Positions 49,620 to 58,942 of a stretch of DNA of 64,000 nt are shown here, one piece after another; the stretch's first letter is position 1; the number at the start of each line of letters is the position of its first letter. Source of the stretch: Bacteroidaceae bacterium (GTDB taxonomy: Bacteria > Bacillota > Clostridia > Lachnospirales > Lachnospiraceae); NCBI GenBank assembly GCA_963639875.1, contig CAVHWP010000004.1, positions 33,168 through 97,167 on the forward strand, written 5' to 3'. The position numbers and the translations under genes were made by a program. The notes under the pieces were generated by a model that saw only the letters and a program-made list of their open reading frames with translations, did not search any database and was not told the origin of the DNA.

Positions 49620-49693
49620 GCAAAACAAGGAGGAAAATCCTCTGCTCCTGCAAAGGCAGTCGCATTTTACTTCGTAAAACAAGGAGGATTAAT
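49620..49693 (+). repeat. Dispersed RBS-bearing structured repeat, copy upstream of the CMD-cupin gene
   Basis: gcaaaacaaggaggaaaatcctctgctcctgcaaaggc...attttacttcgtaaaacaaggaggattaat. Confidence 0.9.
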
Positions 49694-49696
49694 AAT

Positions 49697-50533
49697 ATGG
49701 AAAAGATAGTACAGACAGCAGGCAGAAACGCACTGGGAGAATTTGCTCCCGAATTTGCACATTATAATGATGATGTTTTATTTGGAGAAAACTGGAACAA
49801 TCAGGACATTGATGTAAAGACCAGAAGCATTATTACCGTGGTAGCCCTGATGGCATCCGGTATTACGGACTCTTCTCTGAAGTTCCACCTTATGAATGCA
49901 AAAAATCATGGGGTAACCCAGAAGGAAATTGCAGCCATTATTACCCATGTTGCTTTTTATGCAGGATGGCCCAAGGGCTGGGCAGTCTTCAATCTGGCAA
50001 AGGAAGTATGGCAGGTAGGCGAAGGCGATGCGCAGGCAAACAATGCACAGGAAAACAGTGCACAGACAAACAATGAGCAGGGAAACAGCGCACAGGGCGC
50101 AGATGACAAAGAAGCAGCCAAGGCACGTCATGCAGCATCCATGATTTTCCCTGTCGGCGAGCCGAATGTGGCATACGCCCAATATTTTATCGGACAGAGC
50201 TATTTGGCACCGGTTTCCACCAGTCAGGTAGGTGTGCACAATGTTACCTTTGAGCCGGGCTGCCGCAACAACTGGCATGTGCATCATGCAAAAGAAGGCG
50301 GCGGACAGATTTTAATCTGTGTGGCAGGACGCGGTTATTATCAGGAATGGGGCAAGGACGCCGTAGAAATGAAACCCGGCGACTGCATCAATATTCCCGC
50401 CGGTGTAAAGCACTGGCACGGTGCAGCTCCCGATAGCTGGTTCTCCCATCTGGCAGTGGAAGTGCCCGGCACAGAAGCTTCCAATGAGTGGCTGGAGCCG
50501 GTAACGGACGAGCAGTACGGCAAACTCAAATAA
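49697..50533 (+). CDS. Carboxymuconolactone decarboxylase family domain fused to a cupin domain
   Basis: NDDVLFGE...HVAFYAGWPK; VTFEPGCRNNWHVH, KHWHGA; low-complexity repeat linker. Confidence 0.88.
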   Translation: MEKIVQTAGRNALGEFAPEFAHYNDDVLFGENWNNQDIDVKTRSIITVVALMASGITDSSLKFHLMNAKNHGVTQKEIAAIITHVAFYAGWPKGWAVFNLAKEVWQVGEGDAQANNAQENSAQTNNEQGNSAQGADDKEAAKARHAASMIFPVGEPNVAYAQYFIGQSYLAPVSTSQVGVHNVTFEPGCRNNWHVHHAKEGGGQILICVAGRGYYQEWGKDAVEMKPGDCINIPAGVKHWHGAAPDSWFSHLAVEVPGTEASNEWLEPVTDEQYGKLK

Positions 50534-50606
50534 AGCCGAAAGACGGAAGCCGAAGCAAAACGATGCAAGGCGGAAGTCGGAAACCAAGAAAGACGAGGAA
50601 ACAGAA

Positions 50607-51473
50607 ATGATGACAGAAAAAATGATGACCTTAAACAATGGTGTGGAAATCCCGCAGCTTGCGCTGGGTACCTGGCTGATACCCGATGACAAGGTGGCAG
50701 ATGTGGTAGTGAATGCCGTGAAAATGGGATACCGCCATATTGATACCGCACAGGCATACGGCAACGAAAGAGGAGTCGGCGAAGGCATCCGCAGAAGCGG
50801 TGTCAGCCGGAAAGAAATCTTTATTACCTCTAAGGTAGCGGCAGAACATAAAAGTTACGAGTCTGCTGCAAAGAGCATTGACGAGACACTGGCTAAAATG
50901 GAACTGGACTACATTGATATGATGATTATCCATTCTCCCCAGCCCTGGGCAGAAGTAAATCAGTCCGAAAACCGTTATTATGCGGAAAACAAGGAAGTGT
51001 GGAGAGCCATGGAGGATGCTTACAAGGCAAAGAAAATCCGCGCCATCGGCATTTCCAATTTCTTAGTGGGCGATGTGAAAAATATTCTGGACGGCTGCGA
51101 GGTAAAGCCTGCGGTCAACCAGGTGCTGGCACACATTTCCAACACACCGCTGGAACTCATTGCTTATTGTCAGAGTATGGGAATTGCCGTAGAAGCTTAC
51201 TCTCCTGTAGCACACGGCGAAGCCCTGAAAAATCCGGTTATTGTGAAAATGGCAGAAAAATACGGTGTTACACCGGCACAGCTTTGCATTCGTTACTGTC
51301 TGCAGCTTGACCTGATTACCCTGCCGAAAGCAAGCAGCGAAGAGCATCTCAAAGAAAACAGGGATGTGGATTTTGTGATTTCCGCGGAAGACATGGAGAT
51401 TTTGAAGAACTGTGAAAGAATTAAAGATTACGGCGATGCTTCTTTCTTCCCGGTTTACGGAGGAAAACTGTAA
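50607..51473 (+). CDS. Aldo/keto reductase
   Basis: GYRHIDTAQAYGNE, TSKV, IIHSP, LPKAS. Confidence 0.92.
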   Translation: MMTEKMMTLNNGVEIPQLALGTWLIPDDKVADVVVNAVKMGYRHIDTAQAYGNERGVGEGIRRSGVSRKEIFITSKVAAEHKSYESAAKSIDETLAKMELDYIDMMIIHSPQPWAEVNQSENRYYAENKEVWRAMEDAYKAKKIRAIGISNFLVGDVKNILDGCEVKPAVNQVLAHISNTPLELIAYCQSMGIAVEAYSPVAHGEALKNPVIVKMAEKYGVTPAQLCIRYCLQLDLITLPKASSEEHLKENRDVDFVISAEDMEILKNCERIKDYGDASFFPVYGGKL

Positions 51474-51474
51474 T

Positions 51475-52152
51475 ATGAAAAAGCCTTATATTATTTGTCA
51501 TATGATGATATCCCTTGACGGCAGAATCGACTGTGCCATGACATCCAAACTGCCGGGCGTTGCAGATTACTATACCACTCTGGATGCTATCCGGGTACCC
51601 ACTACCGTGAGCGGCAGGGTTACGGCGGAGCTGGAAATGGCAGAACCGGGAAAATTTGTTCCTACCGACAATGTGGCATACGGACAGGAAGGATTTTCTA
51701 AAAAAGCGGAAGCGGAAGGTTATGAGGTAATAGTCGATACCAAAGGAACCCTGTTGTGGCCGGATGCTTCTTCCATGGAGAAGCCGTACCTGATTGTAAC
51801 AAGCGAGGCAGTGACGGAAGAATATCTTGCGTATCTGGACAGCCGGAATATTTCCTGGATTGCCTGCGGAAAAGACAGGATTGACCTGAAACGTGCGAGC
51901 GAAATTCTGACAGAGCAGTTCCATGTAGAAAGAATGGGCATTGTCGGCGGTGCTAAAATCAATACCGCTTTTTTGGAGGCAGGACTTTTAGATGAAATCA
52001 GTATCCTCGTTGGTGCGGGAATTGACGGAAGGGGCGGCATGCCGGCGGTGTTTGACGGGCTTGCCCTGGAGCATGATGTGACGGCACTGAAGCTTCTTGA
52101 TGTGCAGAAATTTGACAGCGGCGCCGTATGGCTGCGGTATTCCTGCAAATAA
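51475..52152 (+). CDS. RibD C-terminal / dihydrofolate reductase-like protein
   Basis: CHMMISLDGRI, VGGAKIN..FLEAGLLDE. Confidence 0.85.
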   Translation: MKKPYIICHMMISLDGRIDCAMTSKLPGVADYYTTLDAIRVPTTVSGRVTAELEMAEPGKFVPTDNVAYGQEGFSKKAEAEGYEVIVDTKGTLLWPDASSMEKPYLIVTSEAVTEEYLAYLDSRNISWIACGKDRIDLKRASEILTEQFHVERMGIVGGAKINTAFLEAGLLDEISILVGAGIDGRGGMPAVFDGLALEHDVTALKLLDVQKFDSGAVWLRYSCK

Positions 52153-52207
52153 AGTATAGCCGACAAAAACTAAAATATAGCGGCAGAGAGTAAAGAACGG
52201 CAGTGGT

Positions 52208-53623
52208 TTATTCCCCACTGCCGCTTTTTTCTTTCAGTTCTTCGTATAATTTTTCTATGGCGCCGTCTTCGGGCAGGTTAAAAAATACCGTTGTCTTATC
52301 AGTCTGTATCATCAGGATGGGCATCGTGTCGCCGCACAGATACAGGCTGCAGTTTCCATAGGTACGGCCGCGGAAATGACCGACGGAATAGGAATCGGTT
52401 GCGGCACCGTTTGTCCGCCAGAAATCATCATGGGGGAGCTTCGGCAGCAAAGTAAGATTTTCGATATCGGCGAGGGGCACCCTTGTTTTATAGCCGCCAG
52501 CGGAAACAGTAAAGATTTCTTCGGAAAAGGAAGTTTTTACCTCAACATGGGAAAGCGGAAGCAGAGCACAAAGGGTAAAAACCGCGCAGCCAATGAGAAA
52601 AACTGTCAGGAAAACCGTGCATGCCCGGGCTTTTTTGTTGGCATAATTAAATGCATAGTTGCCGCTCTGGAGTCTGTTGGGAACCAGCATATGCTTATCG
52701 CCGGGATTATAGTAAAAACCGGTTTTCCAGTATTCGTCATCATCCACATAAAGAGGGACAGGGTCACCGCCCAGCAGTTCTTTCTTACGTTCTTTCCCAA
52801 AATACAGGGGAATTAAAAGACCGGCTGCCGAAAAAATCTGCAGGAACAGATAAAGGTAAAAACCGGTAACGGAAAAATTCCCGGAATGAAGCGTTGCCAG
52901 CGCCAGTGTTACAAAGGAGATGCCGTTGCACAGGCTTAAAAGCCAGAGACCGAGACCCTTATAGAATTTCATGGTATGGTTGACTTTTTGATTTAAGTCG
53001 GAGTCCTTACTGTAAACCGGACGCTCCGAGCGGTTTATATACAGATGGAAAAGGTAAGCTCCGACAGATAAAAGGAGAGAGCCGGCAAAAATGATGAGAA
53101 GCGTCATAAAATAGGGTTCTTCTCTTTTTCCCAGGAAAGGAAGGAAGCAGACCACTTCTGCAAGCAGGACCGGAATATGCAATCCTAACGAAAAAGGATT
53201 TCGGGCAGCTTTCGCAGAAAGAGCGGTATCAATATAAACCTTCTTCTGATTTTCTACAATCCAGCCGTTTTTCAGTTTCAGGGCATACATTTTTCTATGG
53301 TGTAAAATCAAAAGAAATTCCACACCGGCGCAGTATTCCACAATCCACAGAGCGTAAATCATAAAAAAGAGAAACCAACTGTAGAAGAGGAGCGGGCAGC
53401 TTAAAATGCCTGCCAGAGTATTCCATTTCAGAAAACGCTTCATGGTTTTATGCGACCCTTCTTTTAAGGAAACCACTTCGTCATCCGTAAGATGCTCCTT
53501 GGGAATGTGAACACCTAAGAGCATGCCGTTTGCATACTGATAAGAGGATGACAGGGCAAAGTAAAAACAGCCGCACATAAATAAATTTGTAACAAGAAAA
53601 ATAATAAACATAGCAATATTCAT
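52208..53623 (-). CDS. Membrane protein with DUF5808-like motif and C-terminal bacterial PH-like domain
   Basis: DDDEYWKTGFYYNPGD...VPNR; RTNG...GHF. Confidence 0.7.
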   Translation of the reverse strand: MNIAMFIIFLVTNLFMCGCFYFALSSSYQYANGMLLGVHIPKEHLTDDEVVSLKEGSHKTMKRFLKWNTLAGILSCPLLFYSWFLFFMIYALWIVEYCAGVEFLLILHHRKMYALKLKNGWIVENQKKVYIDTALSAKAARNPFSLGLHIPVLLAEVVCFLPFLGKREEPYFMTLLIIFAGSLLLSVGAYLFHLYINRSERPVYSKDSDLNQKVNHTMKFYKGLGLWLLSLCNGISFVTLALATLHSGNFSVTGFYLYLFLQIFSAAGLLIPLYFGKERKKELLGGDPVPLYVDDDEYWKTGFYYNPGDKHMLVPNRLQSGNYAFNYANKKARACTVFLTVFLIGCAVFTLCALLPLSHVEVKTSFSEEIFTVSAGGYKTRVPLADIENLTLLPKLPHDDFWRTNGAATDSYSVGHFRGRTYGNCSLYLCGDTMPILMIQTDKTTVFFNLPEDGAIEKLYEELKEKSGSGE

Positions 53624-53700
53624 AATCGTTTCCGTTCCTTTCCGAAATCTGCAAACAGTATGCTTTCATACCGAACAGGTGCTCTTCTGCGGAAATATTT

Positions 53701-54084
53701 TCATACCGAGCAGGGACTCATGCGGGCATACTTTTTTTCACACATGGCAAGAAAAGCCTCCTTATCCATGCCGGTGATGCTGGCTTCGGCGGACAGAAGC
53801 TCTAACTCCGACTCTAATTTTTCCTGAAAGCGGGTATCGGGAGAAAGGTTGTCGGCAACAAAGGCACCCAGCCGTCTGTCTGTGCGGATAAATCCTTCCG
53901 CTTTCAAAATCTGATAGGTTTTGTTGACAGTCATGGTGTTGACGCCGGCGTCCATGGCAAGTTGCCTTACGGTGGGCAGCTTTTCGTTTTTCTTAAGCTC
54001 ACCCTTACCGATGCCCTTGACAATCTGGTTCCGGAGCTGCACATAAATGGGAATGTCGCTGTTCATATCCAGTTCAATAATCAT
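53701..54084 (-). CDS. GntR family (YtrA-like) transcriptional regulator
   Basis: PIYVQL, LPTVRQLA...VNTMTVNKTY; short C-terminus. Confidence 0.92.
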   Translation of the reverse strand: MIIELDMNSDIPIYVQLRNQIVKGIGKGELKKNEKLPTVRQLAMDAGVNTMTVNKTYQILKAEGFIRTDRRLGAFVADNLSPDTRFQEKLESELELLSAEASITGMDKEAFLAMCEKKYARMSPCSV

Positions 54085-54164
54085 AAAAATCGCCCCTTTC
54101 TAAAAAATAAGTGAAAATGGGTAAATACATGAAGACCATACAGGCAAGCTAAAAATGCAACTTC

Positions 54165-54212
54165 TGTATTATCTGTATTACAAATACTAATACAAAAGAC
54201 GAAAAAAGTCAA
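54165..54212 (-). promoter_or_regulatory. Promoter and putative autoregulatory GntR operator
   Basis: Minus strand TTGACT (54207-12), 17 bp, TAGTAT (54184-89); TGTATTA-N7-TAATACA (54174-54194) plus an extra TGTATTA at 54165. Confidence 0.65.
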
Positions 54213-54289
54213 CTGCAATCAAAATCAGAAATCATACACTTTTTTATAAAAATCAGAAATCGTCTCTTTTCTTACAAAAACAGAAGCAA

Positions 54290-54685
54290 TCAGGCATTAT
54301 CGTCTTCTTTTTCGGGCACCCAGCCGTGCTTCTGCGCGAGGGCATACATTTTATCGTGATGGGAATAAAACAGGCAATATCCATATACGCAGTACAGGAA
54401 AATCCAGAGAATATAAAGAAGAACAAAGAAAATCATGGAAAGGAAAACAATAAAAAGATAGCCGAAGATACAGACAACGGTGTTCAGCCCCAGAAAATTC
54501 TGCATGTTGTTTTTACAGGTGTTCGTCAGATGAACTACATCCCCGTCGATGAGGTGCTCATTGGGAATGGGCACGCCGAGCAGCAAGCCGTTTGCGTATT
54601 GATAGCCGGACAAAAGGGCATAGGAAAGACAACGGGAGAGAAAAAAGTTGGCTGTCCAGAAAATAATCAAAAAAGTAATGGACAT
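54290..54685 (-). CDS. 131-aa membrane protein, paralogue of the N-terminal part of 52208..53623
   Basis: YQYANGLLLGVPIPNEHL vs YQYANGMLLGVHIPKEHL; HHDKMYAL..KHGW vs HHRKMYAL..KNGW; RBS AAGGAG. Confidence 0.8.
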   Translation of the reverse strand: MSITFLIIFWTANFFLSRCLSYALLSGYQYANGLLLGVPIPNEHLIDGDVVHLTNTCKNNMQNFLGLNTVVCIFGYLFIVFLSMIFFVLLYILWIFLYCVYGYCLFYSHHDKMYALAQKHGWVPEKEDDNA

Positions 54686-54839
54686 GTGATTTTTCTCCTT
54701 TCGGAAATCAAACAAAACACGGTTATTTTTACCTATATTATAATAGTGATATATAGAAAACAAAAAGTCAACCTTTTGAATAGGAAAATATTTTTTATCC
54801 ATAATAACAGTGTAAATATTCTGGAAAGGAAGTAGAACT

Positions 54840-55298
54840 ATGATATTAAAGGAAAAAGAACGTACCACCATTGAAGACCTGCAGACACAGGAAAAAAGCT
54901 GCGTGGAAAAATACGGAAAGTATGCCGAGCAGGCTAAGGACCCGGAATTAAAAAGCCTGTTTCAGACCCTGCAGAAAAAAGAGCAGGAGCATTACGACTC
55001 TTTGAGCCAGGTGCTTTCCGGCACCGTGCCCCAGTGCAACTGCAACGACTCCGACGGCAAAAATTATGAGCCCAAGGCAACCTATTCCGCCATGGAAAAC
55101 ACGGATGACAAGCTGCATGATGCGTTTCTGGCAACCGACTGTATCGGTACAGAGAAGCTGGTATCCGGCGAATACAACACTGACGTGTTCAACTTCGGGG
55201 ACAGCAGCGTGAGAAAGCTTCTTGCCGATATTCAGGTGGAGGAGCAGAACCATGCGGAAATGCTTTACAAATATAAAACCGTCAACGGTATGAAATAA
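54840..55298 (+). CDS. Ferritin-like / spore coat domain protein
   Basis: Paired ExxH motifs (EQEHY, EQNHA), four-helix pattern. Confidence 0.7.
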   Translation: MILKEKERTTIEDLQTQEKSCVEKYGKYAEQAKDPELKSLFQTLQKKEQEHYDSLSQVLSGTVPQCNCNDSDGKNYEPKATYSAMENTDDKLHDAFLATDCIGTEKLVSGEYNTDVFNFGDSSVRKLLADIQVEEQNHAEMLYKYKTVNGMK

Positions 55299-55422
55299 AC
55301 CTTTGGGGCTGCGGCGTCTGCAAATATTTCCGGCAGGGCTGCAGCCCCTCTTGACTTCTCTTTTCAAATAGGGGTATGATTGTTTTTTAGAGTGGAACAA
55401 CAAGGAAGGACATCGTATACAA

Positions 55423-56025
55423 ATGAAGAAAATTTGGAAAGCCGTTACCGGGTTAGCCCTGTTTGCACTGGTGCTCGGAGGATGCGGAAAAGCAGAACCT
55501 TTTTCCTATAAGCAGTTTGCCGACGTACAGTTTACCTATATTCCGGACAGTGATGCCGGGCAGGATATTGCGGCTGGCGGACAAACGGGCATGCGGATAC
55601 AGGAGGACGGTTCTTTCAGCGCCAGTTATTATGCCATGGATATGGAGGATACGGGAGAGGAGTATCTGGGCGGCACCATGTATTACGGTTCCGGCTTCGG
55701 TCAAATCGGGGAACCGGTCCGCGTGGATGACTATACCTACAAGGCAAAAGTGGAGAGCATTACCTGGTCGGAAGCGGACGGCGAAAGCATTCAGGGCGGC
55801 ATGCGTATGGTATACACAGAGGTTTACGGGCTGGAAGAAGCAGAGGAATTTATGATTTATCTGCCCGGAAAAAAGGTGGCGCAGCTGCCGGAGGATTACA
55901 TAGAGAGTGTAAAGGACCGGCTCTGCGATGAAAACGGAAATCTGCCGGAAACCCTTCCGTTCTACGGAATTTTCAACGAGTCAACCCAGACGGGCTTTGT
56001 CGGTGAGGAGATTGACGGTCCGTAA
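55423..56025 (+). CDS. Hypothetical lipoprotein
   Basis: Signal peptide with lipobox LGGC. Confidence 0.75.
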   Translation: MKKIWKAVTGLALFALVLGGCGKAEPFSYKQFADVQFTYIPDSDAGQDIAAGGQTGMRIQEDGSFSASYYAMDMEDTGEEYLGGTMYYGSGFGQIGEPVRVDDYTYKAKVESITWSEADGESIQGGMRMVYTEVYGLEEAEEFMIYLPGKKVAQLPEDYIESVKDRLCDENGNLPETLPFYGIFNESTQTGFVGEEIDGP

Positions 56026-56121
56026 AGAGGTGAGCCACGCAAGCGCTGCTTGCATCAAGTACTGCTTGCTTGGAAAACAAAACATAACCGGTTACGATGA
56101 ATGTAAAGGAGAAAAGTTTTT

Positions 56122-56607
56122 ATGAAGAAATCAATTGGTTTTTCGGTTGCGGCGATTATTCTTACGGTTCTGTATGGGATGCTGTGTGTAGGCATTTTTA
56201 CAAACACCGGGCTGGTTTATAACCTCTATGGAGTAGTTATTCGGGATTTGCATGCGGATGCGTCCGTTTACATAAGCCTGTATGTGCAGACATTCCTGAA
56301 TGCGGCTCTGGTGCTTTTGTTTGCGGTGGGAGCGCTGCTTAGCAATCCCGGCACGGAGAAAAATACCACAGAGTTTATACTCCTTGTGCTTGCCGTGATA
56401 TTCCAGTGCCTGCTGCCGGTGTGCAACACATGGGGCGGCAGTTTTGAAACGGTTGTGATTGCCAGAAAGTACGGACAGGAAAGTCTTGCCGCTTACAGCA
56501 CCATGAGAAGCATGCTGAGTCTGGCAGGAGTTCTTCTGACCATAGCCAATGCCATGGCATTGTTACAGATAGGAATTAATTACGGAAGAAAGAAGAAAAA
56601 CCAATGA
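56122..56607 (+). CDS. Hypothetical membrane protein
   Basis: 161 aa, about 4 TM segments, RBS AAAGGAG. Confidence 0.7.
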   Translation: MKKSIGFSVAAIILTVLYGMLCVGIFTNTGLVYNLYGVVIRDLHADASVYISLYVQTFLNAALVLLFAVGALLSNPGTEKNTTEFILLVLAVIFQCLLPVCNTWGGSFETVVIARKYGQESLAAYSTMRSMLSLAGVLLTIANAMALLQIGINYGRKKKNQ

Positions 56608-57085
56608 AGATTTCAGTAAGAGCTTATGAAGAAAAAGATTTACCCGAAATGATAAGAATTTGGAATGAAGTGGTGGAAGACGGGGTAGCCTTTCCGCAGG
56701 AAGAGCTTCTGAACGCGGAAACGGGAAAAGAATTTTTTGCCGGGCAGACCTACAGCGCCGTGGCGGAGGATACGGAAACCGGAAAAGTGTATGGTCTTTA
56801 CATTCTGCATCCCAACAACGTGGGACGCTGCGGTCATATCTGCAACGCCAGCTATGCGGTGAGCCGGGACAGCATATCGGTGAAAAGCTGGTATCGGACT
56901 GCCTGGTACAGGGCAAATCCCACGGCTACGGAGTGCTGCAGTTCAATGCGGTTGTGGCAAGCAATGTGCATGCCAGACATCTGTATGAGAGGCTGGGATT
57001 TGTGCAGCTTGGCGTCATTCCGAAGGGCTTCCGCATGAAGGACGGCAGCTATGAGGACATCTGCCCCTATTATCACGAACTGTAA
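56604..57085 (+). pseudogene. Frameshifted GNAT acetyltransferase
   Basis: First frame to ...HICNASYAVSRDS; a second frame continues HIGEKLVSDCL...QFNAVVASNVHARHLYERLGF...YYHEL-stop at 57083-85. Confidence 0.85.
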
Positions 57086-57163
57086 ACGGTACGGTCGGGA
57101 GTTGTAAAGGCAGGGTGAAAAATCCCCGGCATTTGCAGTCCACGGAAAGGAAAAGCAAGAATT

Positions 57164-57535
57164 ATGGAAAAACTTCTGCTCATTCACAGCACGAAAGAAA
57201 TACAACTGCAGGTGAAGAACGTGGCATCCCGCCTGAAGCTGGCGCTGGACATTATCCCGGAAGAATACTGCGGCTGCCGTCTTAAGGAGCTGGCGGCAGG
57301 TAAATATGCACAAAACCCGCCGGACGCAGCAACGGAACCGGCTGCACAGACGCCGCCAAGTCTTCTTATTTTGTGCGGTCTTCGGGACAAGCGTCTGGAC
57401 AAGGTGCTGTTTGAATTAAGGAGAGCGGACATACCGGTGGATTATAAGGCAATTTTAACACCATCAAATAAAGAGTGGACGGTGCCGGAACTTATGAAAG
57501 AACTGCAGAGAGAAAGACAGGCTATGGGAAGATAA
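57164..57535 (+). CDS. DUF3783 family protein
   Basis: KAILTPSNKEW...ELMKELQRE. Confidence 0.75.
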   Translation: MEKLLLIHSTKEIQLQVKNVASRLKLALDIIPEEYCGCRLKELAAGKYAQNPPDAATEPAAQTPPSLLILCGLRDKRLDKVLFELRRADIPVDYKAILTPSNKEWTVPELMKELQRERQAMGR

Positions 57536-57700
57536 GCCTGTCTTTCCTTTTTTGCGGCAGATGCCTATGCCCGGGCATTTGCCCTTTATATTTGCCCTGT
57601 AACTTTATTTATATTTTCCCTTTAAAATGAGGAGTGCCCCGATACATCTCTGCACCGGGGCTATTATGAAAAAAATTATCTCAATTCGTTTCTTAAGATA
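57510..57700 (-). ncRNA. Candidate small RNA (csRNA-like architecture); 3' end uncertain
   Basis: -10 TATACT (57706-11), 5' hairpin, unpaired UUUUUUUCAUAAU and ACUCCUC flanking a GC hairpin; no ORF. Confidence 0.45.
57512..57553 (+). terminator. Intrinsic terminator overlapping the DUF3783 stop codon
   Basis: GAAAGACAGGCT-N11-AGCCTGTCTTTC followed by a T run. Confidence 0.75.
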
Positions 57701-57904
57701 GTTTTAGTATAGCAATTATTTATGAACAAACTATGAACAAGATGTAAATAAAAGGTAAATGTTACAAAGAAACGAAAAAACGAAAATAATTTATATACAA
57801 GTTGCACAAAAAAGTGCTTCTTGTTGTTTTTTCGATGAAGAGATGATAAAATAGGTATATTATATGTGGTGAAAAATTACCCTATTACTCCGGGAGGAAG
57901 AAAT

Positions 57905-58894
57905 ATGGATACTTTTATTGATAAATTGGCACAGAAGCTGACTGCACAGGAGATGATAAATGCCAACTCGGCAGCCGATGCCGCAGAGCTTACCATGCTG
58001 CGGGAGCAGATGGCGGAATACGAGGATTTGCTGAAGGACATTCAGGAGGAAAACGAAAAGGGAAAGGACAGCACGGCACGCATGGAAAGAAGCGTATCTG
58101 CGATTGACCAGAGCACGGCGGGACTGACCCAGAGCGCCTCCCTGATGGAAGAGCAGGTTGCACAGGTAAAGGAGCAGATTGGCAGAATGAGCGCCGGTGC
58201 GGACCGTCTGGAAGAGGAAATCAGACGTCTTTCCGAAACAAACGGCAGCAGTGCTTCCTTTGAAGAAGAAGTCACCAAGCTGAACATGGGCATGACAAGC
58301 CTCGGCGACAGCATCAACCGACTGAACGAGAGCGCTACCAATATCAGCGACGGCGTTATCAGCTTAAGCGAAGGCACCTTCCATTTAGGAGAGGGACTTT
58401 CCCAGATGGACAAAGGCTTAGAGCGCTTAAATGAAAGCAACACCCGCTTGGAGCAGGTTGTGGAACGCAACGAAAAGAGCGTATCCATGGCGGCACAGAC
58501 CGTGGTACGCGCGGAGCAGAGCGTTACCAAGGCAGAACAGGGCGCCGCAAAGACGGACGAGCTCATCCGCACCGCCATGGCAAAGATTGAGCAGATGCAG
58601 GCAGGAAACGGCAATACGGAAGAAGTAAAGGCCCTGCTTGCCGAATTGCAGAAAGTACAGAACGACCAGTTCGCACAGCTTACCGACCACGTACACAAGG
58701 AAAACGTAAAGGTATACCGCAATGTGCAGGCGGTTGTTATTGATGAAAACGACAAACAGAATGAGAACAGCGGAAAGAGCTTCGGTTATCTGTCCGTAAG
58801 AACCAACGCCATTTTGGTAGTATCCCTGGTATCTTTGCTGGCATCCTGTGCCGGACTGGTATTCCAAATTTTGGTATATCTTCACATTCTGTAA
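57905..58894 (+). CDS. Coiled-coil hypothetical protein with C-terminal TM
   Basis: Heptad repeats, HKENVKVYRNVQA motif, RBS GGAGG. Confidence 0.75.
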   Translation: MDTFIDKLAQKLTAQEMINANSAADAAELTMLREQMAEYEDLLKDIQEENEKGKDSTARMERSVSAIDQSTAGLTQSASLMEEQVAQVKEQIGRMSAGADRLEEEIRRLSETNGSSASFEEEVTKLNMGMTSLGDSINRLNESATNISDGVISLSEGTFHLGEGLSQMDKGLERLNESNTRLEQVVERNEKSVSMAAQTVVRAEQSVTKAEQGAAKTDELIRTAMAKIEQMQAGNGNTEEVKALLAELQKVQNDQFAQLTDHVHKENVKVYRNVQAVVIDENDKQNENSGKSFGYLSVRTNAILVVSLVSLLASCAGLVFQILVYLHIL

Positions 58895-58942
58895 ATTGCT
58901 GACAGAAAATATTCATTACATATCCATAAACACGGAGGCAGC

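Noticed and set aside
58042..58755. Long antisense ORFs (this 237-aa one, 19262..20065, 45974..46654 and similar)
   Set aside because: They lie opposite well-supported genes, lack motifs and RBS, and are expected shadow frames
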